DNA of 53,335 bases from Candidatus Sumerlaeota bacterium (GTDB lineage Bacteria; Sumerlaeota; Sumerlaeia; SLMS01; JAHLLQ01). Where the stretch lies: contig JAJFLJ010000235.1 in the NCBI GenBank assembly GCA_021772755.1, forward strand, positions 1 through 53,335, read 5' to 3'. Position 1 is the first letter of the stretch. Every line of letters begins with the position of its first letter. The translations under genes and the position numbers were made by a program. Below are positions 28,335 through 37,893 of the stretch, piece after piece. The notes below the pieces were generated by a model. The model was not told the origin of the DNA. It did no database searches and saw only the letters and a list, made by a program, of their open reading frames with translations.

Positions 28335-29312
28335 ATGAGAGCCTTCCTGACAGGCGGCACCGGATTCGTCGGCGGACATCTCGCCGAACGGCTCCGCGAG
28401 GAGGGGTGGCAGGTCCGCGCGATCGCCCGCAACGGGTCGAACGCGGACGTGCTGGAGGACTGCGGCTGCGAGATTCTTCGGGGCGGTCTGGAATCGGAGC
28501 GTTCGCTGCGCCGCGGAGTGGAGGGCGCGGACGCCGTGTTCCATCTTGCCGGGGTGACGAAGGGCCTGTCGGAAGCGGACTTCATGCGGGTGAACGCCGA
28601 AGGCACGCGGCGCGTCGTGGCGGCTGCGCGCCAGGCGCGCTTTCGCGGGCGGTTCGTCGCCCTCAGCAGTCTTGCCGCAGCGGGTCCCGCGCGGCGAGGA
28701 CGGCCCCTGACCGAGGACAAGCGCCCGCGGCCGGTGAGCGCGTACGGCCGAAGCAAGCTGGCGGGGGAGAAGCACGTTCTTCGCGCGCGGCGGTTCCTCG
28801 ACTTCACGATCCTCCGCCCTGGCGCGATCTACGGCCCCCGCGAGCACGAGATTCTGGAAGCGGTGAAGCTGATCGAGCGGCTCGGCGTTTCGCTGGAATT
28901 CGCGGAAACGCGCGTACAGATGACGCACGTGCACGATGTCGTGAGCGGAATCCTCGCGGCGGTGAACTCGCCGCAGGCGCGGGGCAGGACGTTCTTCCTG
29001 AACGACGGAACGGTGTGGGACTATGCGAACGTCGTGGACGAGATCGGCGCGGCTCTCGGGCGCGATGTCCGCCATGTGCGCGTGCCGCTGGCGGGTGCGT
29101 GGGCGGTGGCGGGAACGCTGGACCTGGCGGGAAAGATCGTCGGACGGCCGCTTTCCCCGATCGGGCGCGACAAGGTTCGCGAGGTGGCCGCCGGTTCCTG
29201 GATCGCGGACAGTTCGGCGCTGACGGCGGCGACGGGGTGGAAGGCACGGCACGGCTTCGTCCAGGGCATTCGCGATACGGTGCGGTGGTATCGCGAGAAC
29301 GGCTGGCTCTGA
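28335..29312 (+). CDS. NAD-dependent epimerase/dehydratase (extended SDR)
   Basis: TGGTGFVG, VFHLAG, SSLAA, YGRSK (YxxxK), and RPGAIYGP. Confidence 0.92.
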   Translation: MRAFLTGGTGFVGGHLAERLREEGWQVRAIARNGSNADVLEDCGCEILRGGLESERSLRRGVEGADAVFHLAGVTKGLSEADFMRVNAEGTRRVVAAARQARFRGRFVALSSLAAAGPARRGRPLTEDKRPRPVSAYGRSKLAGEKHVLRARRFLDFTILRPGAIYGPREHEILEAVKLIERLGVSLEFAETRVQMTHVHDVVSGILAAVNSPQARGRTFFLNDGTVWDYANVVDEIGAALGRDVRHVRVPLAGAWAVAGTLDLAGKIVGRPLSPIGRDKVREVAAGSWIADSSALTAATGWKARHGFVQGIRDTVRWYRENGWL

Positions 29313-29313
29313 A

Positions 29314-30450
29314 ATGAGAGTTCTGATCGACGCGCGCTACCTCGACGGGGTCTACAGCGGCATCGGAACGTACAGCCGCCTGCTGGTCGAGCATCTCGCC
29401 AGGGTCGATACGGAGACCGAGTACCAGATTCTCGTGCGGAAGGGCTTTCGCGACAGCCTGGCGGTGGGCGCCAACTTCGAGGTGATTTCGTGGGGCCCGA
29501 AGCCGGTCAGCTGGAAGACGTACTTCCGGATGCACGACGCGATCGGGGTGCTGAAGCCGGACGTGGTCCACTGTCTGGCTCCGCCGGCACCCATACTGTA
29601 CGACGGCCCGCTGATGATCACGCTGCACGACCTGCAGCCGTTCAACGATCCGGAGTTCTCGGGACGGCGGATCGGCCCCGCGCGCACGGCCTACAATCTG
29701 TTCTACAGCTGGGCGTACCCGACGGTCATCAACCGCTCGAAGTGGGTCCTTTGCGACAGCAACGCGACGCGCGAGGACCTGGTTCGTCTGATGCCGGACA
29801 TGGCGTCGCGGGCTATCGTCGTTTCGCCGGGTCTGGAACCGGCGGAGGGCGGGCCCGTGACGGAAGGCCAGATCGACGCGGTGCGGGCGAAGTTCGGACT
29901 GCACGAGCGGTACTGTCTGTACTACGGATCGACGCGGCCCAACAAGAACCTGGTCAGGCTTGTGGAGGCGTTTCAACTGGCGGTGTCCCGCAATCCGGAG
30001 CGCCTGAAGGACCTTCATCTCGTTCTCGTGGTGCGAAAGGACCGTTTCTTTCGCGAGGTGGAGAAGCTCGTCGCGCGCAGCCGCCTGCGGGACCGCGTGC
30101 GCGTGCTGGACCAGATGCCGGCGCGCGAGCAGCGTGCGCTGCTGGCGGGTTCGGAAGCGTTCGTGTTTCCGACGAAGTACGAGGGCTTCGGCTTTCCGCC
30201 GCTGGAAGCGATGCGCGAGGGCGTGCCGGTGCTGGCGGGGCGCAGCGGCGCGCTGCCGGAGGTGTGCGGCGACGCGGCGCTGCTGGTGGATCCCTTCGAC
30301 CTCGACGACATCGCGGCGGGAATCCTCGGGATCGTGAACGACGAAGAACTGCGCGAAACGCTCGTCGCCAGGGGGCACGACCGGATCGGGCGGTTCGACT
30401 GGCAGCGCACCGCCGAAATGGTGCGCGACGTGTACAGGCTGCTGTTCTGA
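29314..30450 (+). CDS. Glycosyltransferase family 4 (GT-B)
   Basis: GIGTY, TLHDL, KNL, and FVFPTKYEGFGFPPLEAM (EX7E). Confidence 0.92.
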   Translation: MRVLIDARYLDGVYSGIGTYSRLLVEHLARVDTETEYQILVRKGFRDSLAVGANFEVISWGPKPVSWKTYFRMHDAIGVLKPDVVHCLAPPAPILYDGPLMITLHDLQPFNDPEFSGRRIGPARTAYNLFYSWAYPTVINRSKWVLCDSNATREDLVRLMPDMASRAIVVSPGLEPAEGGPVTEGQIDAVRAKFGLHERYCLYYGSTRPNKNLVRLVEAFQLAVSRNPERLKDLHLVLVVRKDRFFREVEKLVARSRLRDRVRVLDQMPAREQRALLAGSEAFVFPTKYEGFGFPPLEAMREGVPVLAGRSGALPEVCGDAALLVDPFDLDDIAAGILGIVNDEELRETLVARGHDRIGRFDWQRTAEMVRDVYRLLF

Positions 30451-30501
30451 AGGATTCGGGCGAACGCGCGATCATGGCGGGAAACGGAATACGGCGGGCG
30501 A

Positions 30502-33147
30502 ATGGACGGACGAACGGGTAGCGCCGCGCAGGCGGCCGGGCTCTTCGCGCTGGAATCGCGGCGGATGCTGCGGGGATGGCGGTGGCGCACGCTCGTTCTC
30601 CTGAACGCGGCCGTCGCGGCGGTTCTGTCGCGCACGGGGGACTGGGGCGAAGGGGCGGCGGTCTTTCTGCCGGGTGGAGAGACGGGTGTTCGCGCGTTCG
30701 GACTGATGTACGCGATCGCGTCGATGGTTCTGGCGACCGATCTGGCGGGGCAGGCGGACCGGCATCACGCGCGGTCGCTGTACGACGCGCGGCCCGTGTC
30801 GGGATTCGCGCTGCAATGCTCGAGATTCCTGGCGATGTTCGCGACGATCGCACCGCTGGCGGTCGCGACGAGCCTGCTGCCGCCGGCGATCGTGCGGGCG
30901 CGCGGCGGGGATGCGCTCCTCGCGCCCAACGCGCTGTACCTCTGCGGGCACGTCTTGCCGCTCGTGGCGCTTTGCGTGGCCGCGGGTCTCGCGGCGCGGT
31001 CGTGGATTCGCAACGACACGTCCGCCCTTTCCGCCGCGTCGGTGGCGCTGGCGGCTCCGGTGTGGGTCGCGCTCTTCGATTCGCAGCCGCAGGAGCTGTT
31101 TCTCTCCTCGTCGCGGATTCTCGGCGTGCTGGTGCCCGCAAGCGAAACGGCGCGGACGGCGTCGCTGTCGTGCCTCGCCGTCCTGCCGTTTCTCGGTCTC
31201 GCGATGCTGAAGCCGCGTGCGCTTCGGAGCCGCACCCCCCTGCGCAGTCTCTCGCCGCCCAGGAAGTCGCGCTTCGGAACGGTTCGAGGCGCGTTCTCCG
31301 CGATACCCGGAGCGCGGGAGACCGGCGCGTTCACGCTGTTGCTGGCTCTTGCTGCGGTTTGCGCAGGAGGCCCCGCGCTGCTTGGATCGTTCCGGCGGGC
31401 GGGCGTGGCTCTGACATCGCCGGTGCCGACGGAGATGTCGGCGGACTGGTCGCGCATGCAGCAGCCCGCCGAGGCGGTGTCCGGTGTCGTGGACGCGCCG
31501 CGGATCGTGGCGCGCAAGGCGGAACTGGACACCGACGGCGAGGACAGGATCGCCGTGACGCTGACCCTGGGCTCCTCGCTCGACGCTCCGCAGCCCGTCG
31601 CCGGAGTGACGTTCGGCCCGGCGTGCCGCGTTGCGTCGGTCTCGCGCGGCGATGGCCGCGTGGAGATTCTCCCCGCCGCCGCGTCGCCGCATCTTCACGC
31701 CACGGTACTGCGATTCGACCCGCCGCTTCCGCCGAACGGAGAGTGCGACCTCCGCTTCGAACTGGAACCGGCCCCGAGATCGACGCGCGCGTGGGCGCGG
31801 CTGCGGCATCCGGCCTACGCGACGTTCCAGGACCTGCCGCTCTGGTACGGCGAGGGCGTGCGGATTCGCTACGCCTTCAGCGAGTTCGCCGTCACGCACC
31901 AGCCGGCGCCGTTCGAACTGTCGCTTCCGCTGCTGGCCGGGAGAGAGTGGATCGCCGGTGCGGCGGAGTCGCGTATCGCGGGCGAGACCGTCAGCCTCGT
32001 CGCGGACCGGGCGGCGGTCCCTTCGAGCGTCTTCGCCGCGAACGTCCGGACCGTCGCATCGCCGGAGGAGCAGGCGGTGCCGGTGCACTACGTCGTGTTT
32101 CCCGAGCACGAGGAACTGGCGCGCGCGTTCCACACGATCTTCGCGGACAGGTTCGAGCGTCTCGGACGCGCGTTCGGCGGACGCGACGAGCCGGTCGTCT
32201 TCGTGGAGGTGCCGGGCCAGCGCCCCGGCGATCCGTTCGCGATCGCGTCGCCGGTTCTCGACGAGCTGGCGACGCTGCTGCCGGACTACGACGACCCGCG
32301 CGAACCGACCGCCGACGAGTTCGAACGCCCCTTCGCGGAACTCCACCACGCGGCGGTGTCCACGCTGGTCACTCAGTCGCGGGAGACATTCGAGCATCCC
32401 GAGCTGCTGCGCGATTCGCTGGTCCTCTATCTGCACGTCCACGGATTCGCCCGGGGGATGACGCGTCCGTTCCGCCGCGAGCGGCGCGACTACGTGCTGG
32501 TGCCTTGGGACTGGGTGCGGCCGACGGACGCGTACCCGTTCGATCTCTGGCCCCGCGACGAGGCACAGTACACCGGCCCGGTCTTTCCGCAGCTCCGGCC
32601 CGAGGGTCTCCCGCCTGTTCCCCAGGGGCGGCTCGTCGCGTTTCACCACATGCTGCGGCGTCGGCTGGGCGAAGAGGCGTACGTGCGATTTCTGAACGAT
32701 TTGTTCGGAGAGCGGGGCGGGCGGCTGACTCTGGAGGAGGTCCGACTCGCCGCCGAGGCGCAGGCTGGCGCACCGCTGGGGGAATTCTTCGACCAGTGGC
32801 TGCTGGAGGGCGTCGTCCCGAGGTACCGTCTGGTGGAGGCCCAGGTGGTGCTCGCGGAGAATCCGGAGACCCGGGACCTGGAATACACCACCAGCGTGAC
32901 GGTGAGAAACGAGGGCACGGGCCGCGTGCCGGTGGACGTGCGGCTGGAGACCGAAGGCGACCGGGTGGAGAAAACCGTTGAACCCGATCCGGGCGGGGAC
33001 GTGACACTCGTCTTCGTGACGGCGGACCGTCCCGTCTCGGTCGCGGTGGACCCGGAAGGCTGGGTCGTTCAGATGCCGGAGTTCGACCGGCGGGCCGGAC
33101 GTCCGGTGCATCCGCGGCTCTTCCTCAAGACGGTCCGCGAATTGTAG
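30502..33147 (+). CDS. ABC-2 permease-like membrane domain fused to an M1 aminopeptidase-like domain lacking HEXXH
   Basis: N-terminal multi-TM region (LYDARPVS resembles ABC-2 loops). C-terminal HMLRRRLGEEAYVRFL...LGEFFDQWL..VPRY and VAVDPEGW are typical of M1 peptidase helical and C-terminal domains. Confidence 0.68.
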   Translation: MDGRTGSAAQAAGLFALESRRMLRGWRWRTLVLLNAAVAAVLSRTGDWGEGAAVFLPGGETGVRAFGLMYAIASMVLATDLAGQADRHHARSLYDARPVSGFALQCSRFLAMFATIAPLAVATSLLPPAIVRARGGDALLAPNALYLCGHVLPLVALCVAAGLAARSWIRNDTSALSAASVALAAPVWVALFDSQPQELFLSSSRILGVLVPASETARTASLSCLAVLPFLGLAMLKPRALRSRTPLRSLSPPRKSRFGTVRGAFSAIPGARETGAFTLLLALAAVCAGGPALLGSFRRAGVALTSPVPTEMSADWSRMQQPAEAVSGVVDAPRIVARKAELDTDGEDRIAVTLTLGSSLDAPQPVAGVTFGPACRVASVSRGDGRVEILPAAASPHLHATVLRFDPPLPPNGECDLRFELEPAPRSTRAWARLRHPAYATFQDLPLWYGEGVRIRYAFSEFAVTHQPAPFELSLPLLAGREWIAGAAESRIAGETVSLVADRAAVPSSVFAANVRTVASPEEQAVPVHYVVFPEHEELARAFHTIFADRFERLGRAFGGRDEPVVFVEVPGQRPGDPFAIASPVLDELATLLPDYDDPREPTADEFERPFAELHHAAVSTLVTQSRETFEHPELLRDSLVLYLHVHGFARGMTRPFRRERRDYVLVPWDWVRPTDAYPFDLWPRDEAQYTGPVFPQLRPEGLPPVPQGRLVAFHHMLRRRLGEEAYVRFLNDLFGERGGRLTLEEVRLAAEAQAGAPLGEFFDQWLLEGVVPRYRLVEAQVVLAENPETRDLEYTTSVTVRNEGTGRVPVDVRLETEGDRVEKTVEPDPGGDVTLVFVTADRPVSVAVDPEGWVVQMPEFDRRAGRPVHPRLFLKTVREL

Positions 33148-33206
33148 GGAACAATCCCGTGGCGAAGGCTGTCTTTCGAACGGTAGCGCCACACCCCGAT
33201 CGGCCC

Positions 33207-33887
33207 ATGACCATGACACGCAAACCCGGAACGATCCTGATCCTCGCCATCCTGCTTCTGTCGGCGGCGCTTCTGCCGGCCCAGAACAGCGAGGAGGCGA
33301 TCGCGTTTCTCGGGCGCCTCGAAGAGAAGAACCGGGGGCTGAACTCCCTGTACGGCAGTTTTCACCAGGTCCGCTCCAACAAGATGTTCCTGGAGGAGAT
33401 CGAGTCCAACGGCGAATTCTGGTACGTGAAGCCCGACCAGTTCCGCTGCGACTACCACGAACCGTCGGAGGCGCGTTTCTACCTTCTGGGCGATACGGGG
33501 ATGTACTACACGCCGGAGCTCAAGCAGGTGGAGAAGTTCCGCCTCCAGACCGGCGACTCCGCACCCATCAACCAGATGCTCGTCGGGTTCGGCCTGAGCG
33601 TCGAGAGCATCCTGGATGTCTTCACGGTCCACGTTCCCGCCGAGCAGCCCGAGGACGCCAGGCTCTTCACGGTCGATTTCGTCTCCAGGGACGTGAGCCG
33701 GACGATGGACTATACCCGCATCCGGATCACCTTCGACCGCGAGGAGCTCGAACCGCGGCTCCTGGAGATGGAGGAGCAGGAGGACTCCGTGACGGTGCGG
33801 CTGAAGAAGATCCAGCCCAACGCGGAGATTCCCGAGGACAAGTTCAAGACGGACTTCCCCGCCGACGTGGAAATCGTCGAGTACTGA
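33207..33887 (+). CDS. lolA: Outer-membrane lipoprotein carrier, LolA family
   Basis: Signal peptide; SLYGSFHQ; GEFWYVKPDQFRCDY; YYTPELKQV; NAEIPEDKF. Confidence 0.8.
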   Translation: MTMTRKPGTILILAILLLSAALLPAQNSEEAIAFLGRLEEKNRGLNSLYGSFHQVRSNKMFLEEIESNGEFWYVKPDQFRCDYHEPSEARFYLLGDTGMYYTPELKQVEKFRLQTGDSAPINQMLVGFGLSVESILDVFTVHVPAEQPEDARLFTVDFVSRDVSRTMDYTRIRITFDREELEPRLLEMEEQEDSVTVRLKKIQPNAEIPEDKFKTDFPADVEIVEY

Positions 33888-33907
33888 ATCCGGCCACGGT
33901 CGCCGTT

Positions 33908-33948
33908 CCGCCCGGAAGGGCTTTCCGGGGCGGCCCGCCCGATTTTTT
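33908..33948 (+). terminator. Possible weak terminator after lolA
   Basis: Hairpin CCGCCCGGAA / TTCCGGGGCGG (one bulge), with TTTTTT about 9 nt downstream. Confidence 0.35.
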
Positions 33949-33985
33949 GGTGGCGGTCGGCGGCGGGTACGGCCATATCGGCTCC

Positions 33986-34564
33986 ATGAGACTTCATCTG
34001 CGTTGTCTGACGATGCTGACCCTCGCCGTTCTGGCGCTGGGCGGGTGCGCGCGCGTGTCGCGGGAGCGGACGCTGCCGCCCTCCATCCGCCGGGTGGAGG
34101 TGCCCATGTTCGTCAACCGGTCGGCGGAACCGGGCATCGAGGAGGACGCCACGATCTATGCACAGGAGGAGTTCCTGGCGGACGGACGGCTCGACCTGGT
34201 GAGGGAGAGCGAGGCGGACGCCATCGTGAACGTGGAGCTGACCGGGTTCGACGACACGGCCCAGGGGTTCGACTCCGACGACTTTCCCCGCCAGACGCGC
34301 TATACCGTGACGGCGGACATCCGAATCTACCAGAACAGTCCCGGCCGGCCCCAGTTCGGCCCCAAGCGGACCGTGACCGCGTCGCGCAGCTTCAACAACG
34401 ACACGAGACGGATCACGTACGAGACGAAGGGTGCGGGACGGGAACTGGTTCTGCGCGAACTGGCGCGGCGCATCGTGCTGGAGGTGCTGACCGGCGGCAC
34501 CGGCACGACCTACGACCCCGTTCCCGACGCGAGCCCCGTCGACGAAACCGACCTGTCGTTCTGA
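33986..34564 (+). CDS. lptE: LPS-assembly lipoprotein, LptE family
   Basis: Lipobox LGG-C; LPPSIRRVEVPMFVNRSAEPGIE; EADAIV; C-terminal helix ELARRIV. Confidence 0.78.
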   Translation: MRLHLRCLTMLTLAVLALGGCARVSRERTLPPSIRRVEVPMFVNRSAEPGIEEDATIYAQEEFLADGRLDLVRESEADAIVNVELTGFDDTAQGFDSDDFPRQTRYTVTADIRIYQNSPGRPQFGPKRTVTASRSFNNDTRRITYETKGAGRELVLRELARRIVLEVLTGGTGTTYDPVPDASPVDETDLSF

Positions 34565-34571
34565 GGCGGCG

Positions 34572-36602
34572 ATGACCGCCCCCGAACCCCTCATCCCCCC
34601 CCGGCCCGTACCGCCCGCGTTTCCGCTGAGGCGGTTCCTGCGGCGAAACCTGCTGCTGACGCTCTCGACGGCGATCTTCGCCGCCGTTACCGTGCTGGTG
34701 CTCGTCCAGGTCGATCGGGTGTACTACGGACAGGCGAAGGCCGCGATCCTTCAGGAGGACCGCGAGTTCAACGAGTACATCAGCGGAGAGGTGCTCGAGA
34801 ACATCGTCACCAAGTCCCTCGCGATTCCCTCCCGCGAGGACGGCGGCACACCGGTCGCCGCCGATCCGCGGAAACTCGCCGAACTGGATGCCGACATCGC
34901 GGCGTACATGGATTCGCTGCCGATGGTCCTGAGCCTGCGGCTTTACGGCGGCGCGAACGACGTGCTGGTCGAGACGGAACGCCCGGGGCGGATGAGGACG
35001 CAGAACGACTTCACGAACTGCCTGCTGATTCGCAGCTGGGAGAAGCGCCTCACGAAGCAGAAGAACAAGGAGGTCTCCGGCAGCCGACGGAGCGCCGTCA
35101 TCGTGTACACCACGCCCCGGGGACATGCAGGCGTGGAGCGGCTGACCCGCCAGTGGCGCTGGATCGCGGCGGGCATCGCGGTCGCGATTCTCGCGGTCTA
35201 CGGTCTCCTGGTCTGGGGCGTGATCCTGCCGACGCGAAGCGTGATGTCCGCGCTGGACAAGGGCGCGCGCGTGGGCTCGCCCTTTCTGGAGAGGCCGCGG
35301 AGCCTGCTGGAGAAGTACTACAACAACCTCGCGCGCGACGCGACGCTTTCGATCTTCTCGACGCATCTGCGGTCGTACGCCGCACGCGAATCGGGCCTGG
35401 AGGTCGAGCCGATCGTGGATGTGGCGCCGCGCCTGGTTTCCGAGCTGTTCCCCATCGCCGCGTGCGGAGCGCTCCTCTTCCGCCGCAGGGAAAAGGACGG
35501 CCCGTGGACGCTCGACAGGACGCACAGCAGGACCGACGGGCTGCCGGAAGAACTTGCCGCCCGGGTGATCGCCGCTATCGGGCGGGACGACGCCGCAGAG
35601 GTGGACGGCCTCTATTCGCGGGAAATCTGGGAGTCGCCGCTGATGCGGGCGGCCTTCGTGGCCCGGCGTACCGACTGGATGGCGTCGAACGCGGCGTGGT
35701 GGGACGACGTGCTGGAGGGTATCGCGCGGGAGATCGGCTTCGCGCTGCGCATCGCTGCGGAACGCCGCCGCGTCATCTTCCAGGAAAAGAGCAAGGCGAA
35801 CATCTCCCTCTCGCGCAACCTTGGCCACGACCTGACGAACATCATCGCGACGAGCAAACTGGAGCTGATGACGCTCAAGTCGTTGCTGGAGATGAAGAGC
35901 GAGGACATCTACAAGTCGGAGCAGAAGAGAAGACTGTTTCGCGAGAGCCTGGAATCGGTTCTCAGCAGTACGCGCTTCCTGCAGGAAACGGTGAACCTGT
36001 ATCGGTCCTTCACGTACCTTTCGCGGCCGAAGTTCGAGCGCATCCTCCTGAGCGAGCTGGTGGCGGAGGCGGGCGGGCTGTTCAAGCTCTCGATCTCGCG
36101 CAACATCGGGATTCGCATGGAACTCGACGAGTCGCTGCCGCCCATCACCGTGGAACCGCGGCTGCTGAAGCTGGCGATCTTCAATCTGCTGAGCAACGCC
36201 GCCGATGCCATCAAGCTGGGCGCGACCGTGGAGAAGCCCCGGGGGGAGATCGAAATCCGGACGTCGGCGGGGCAGCGGCCCGGGCACCAGGAGGTGACGG
36301 TGCTGGACAGCGGAATGGGCATTCGCGGGCCGGGGGGCGACCTGCTCGGTCCCGGCGAGATCGAACAGGTCTTCCGACTGGGCTATACGACGAAGGAGCA
36401 GGGCACTGGCGAGGGTCTGGGGCTGAACTGGGTGTCGCAGATCGTGCGGGATTTCCACGCCGGCGAGCTGATCGCGGCGAACCGGCCCGAAGGGGGGGCC
36501 TCTTTCGGCATTGTGCTTTCGGCTCACGCGATCGAAGAATTGGCGGAAGCGGCGCGCGAGGCGGATTCCGGCGCCATTCGCAAACCAGGGGGGAACGGCT
36601 GA
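34572..36602 (+). CDS. Membrane sensor histidine kinase
   Basis: Two TM helices flank an extracytoplasmic domain. H-box SRNLGHDLTNII; N-box FNLLSNAADA; G1 LDSGMGI; F-box VFRLGYTTK; G2 GEGLGL. Confidence 0.93.
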   Translation: MTAPEPLIPPRPVPPAFPLRRFLRRNLLLTLSTAIFAAVTVLVLVQVDRVYYGQAKAAILQEDREFNEYISGEVLENIVTKSLAIPSREDGGTPVAADPRKLAELDADIAAYMDSLPMVLSLRLYGGANDVLVETERPGRMRTQNDFTNCLLIRSWEKRLTKQKNKEVSGSRRSAVIVYTTPRGHAGVERLTRQWRWIAAGIAVAILAVYGLLVWGVILPTRSVMSALDKGARVGSPFLERPRSLLEKYYNNLARDATLSIFSTHLRSYAARESGLEVEPIVDVAPRLVSELFPIAACGALLFRRREKDGPWTLDRTHSRTDGLPEELAARVIAAIGRDDAAEVDGLYSREIWESPLMRAAFVARRTDWMASNAAWWDDVLEGIAREIGFALRIAAERRRVIFQEKSKANISLSRNLGHDLTNIIATSKLELMTLKSLLEMKSEDIYKSEQKRRLFRESLESVLSSTRFLQETVNLYRSFTYLSRPKFERILLSELVAEAGGLFKLSISRNIGIRMELDESLPPITVEPRLLKLAIFNLLSNAADAIKLGATVEKPRGEIEIRTSAGQRPGHQEVTVLDSGMGIRGPGGDLLGPGEIEQVFRLGYTTKEQGTGEGLGLNWVSQIVRDFHAGELIAANRPEGGASFGIVLSAHAIEELAEAAREADSGAIRKPGGNG

Positions 36603-36603
36603 C

Positions 36604-37881
36604 ATGTCCGCGAAAGTGATGATCGTCGACGACAACGAGATGTACCGCGCGGCGTTCCGGCGGAACTTGGTGCTGCGCGACTACGAGGTGTGCGAGGCGG
36701 AGAACGGCGAGGAGGCTCTTCGCGTCTTCCAGGAGGAGAAGCCGGAAGTCGTGGTGACGGACCTCAGCATGCGCACGCCCAACGAGGGGCTCGACGTGAT
36801 TCGCTCGGTGCGCAGCATCGAACCGCTGGTCCCCATCGTGATGATCAGCGCCGTCGGCACCTTCGAGGAGGGGGCCGAGGCGAACCGTCTCGGCGCCCAC
36901 AGCGTCATCAGCAAGTCGCGCATCGACGAAGAGATCGAAAGTCTCTACCGGACGATCGAGGCGGCGCGCGAAAGCAGCGCGTACAACCGCGGCCTTCTCG
37001 CCGAGATCGAGGCCCTTCGCCCCCCGGCCGATGCGGACCCGACCCCGCCCGGCGAGCGGGCCGTCGCGCGGCTGCGGCAGATCACCGGCGACGCGAAAGC
37101 CCACCAGACCGTGCGGAGCGAGGCGTTCGACCTGCTCGCCGCGTTCACGGAAAGCGACAATCGCGCGGCCCTGGAGGAGCGCATCCGCGAAACCGGCGCG
37201 CGCGATCTCGAACTGGCCGAGCAGCGCCTGCGCGAGACCATTCCCGCCTTCGACTCGTGCGAGGCGGCCACGCGCAAGGAGCTGCGGACGGCCGAGTATT
37301 TCTACGCGCAACAGGGCGGCGACAAGCCGGAGGGCGCGGCGGACTTCTCCCGCAACATCGGCTTCTCGTACTGCTTCGCCGTGGAAAACGAGGCGAAGAA
37401 CCGCATGCGCAAGCGCATCCACAAGTTCCTTTCGCAGCGCGACACGGTGAAGCTGATCCGCAGGCTCATCGATCCGAAGACCGGCCAGCTCGACCTGTTC
37501 TACCACCAGCATCTCGCCAGGATCCAGCAGCTTCAGCCGTTCGACTTCACGATCGACAACGTGCGCCAGGTGTTCCAGCGCATCCTCGAACACGAGTCGC
37601 GCTACAAGCCCGACGGGCTGAAGGCGCTGGGCATCCTGATTCTCTGCTTCGCGCGCTCGTACGAGGTCAAGACGCTGCGCGGAAACGTGCTGGTGGCGAA
37701 CCCGCTGAACCTCAAGGGGTTCGACACGCAGGACGACATCGTGGCCTTCGCGCAGCTGCTCGTGGCGCTCCAGCACTTCCGCAATCCCTACATCCATCCC
37801 GAGATCAGCGAGATGGAGAAGATCTCGAAGATTCGAGAGACCGCGTTCGACTGCCTCAACCGCATCGCCAAGCTGGGGTAG
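36604..37881 (+). CDS. Response regulator: receiver domain plus C-terminal HEPN-like (R-X4-H) domain
   Basis: REC residues: IVDD, VVTD (phosphoacceptor), MIS, ISK. C-terminus: ELRTAEYFY...DFS...YCFAVENEAK and QHFRNPYIH (37780-37797). No HTH, GGDEF or HD output domain. Confidence 0.85.
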   Translation: MSAKVMIVDDNEMYRAAFRRNLVLRDYEVCEAENGEEALRVFQEEKPEVVVTDLSMRTPNEGLDVIRSVRSIEPLVPIVMISAVGTFEEGAEANRLGAHSVISKSRIDEEIESLYRTIEAARESSAYNRGLLAEIEALRPPADADPTPPGERAVARLRQITGDAKAHQTVRSEAFDLLAAFTESDNRAALEERIRETGARDLELAEQRLRETIPAFDSCEAATRKELRTAEYFYAQQGGDKPEGAADFSRNIGFSYCFAVENEAKNRMRKRIHKFLSQRDTVKLIRRLIDPKTGQLDLFYHQHLARIQQLQPFDFTIDNVRQVFQRILEHESRYKPDGLKALGILILCFARSYEVKTLRGNVLVANPLNLKGFDTQDDIVAFAQLLVALQHFRNPYIHPEISEMEKISKIRETAFDCLNRIAKLG

Positions 37882-37893
37882 GGGAAAGGGCGC

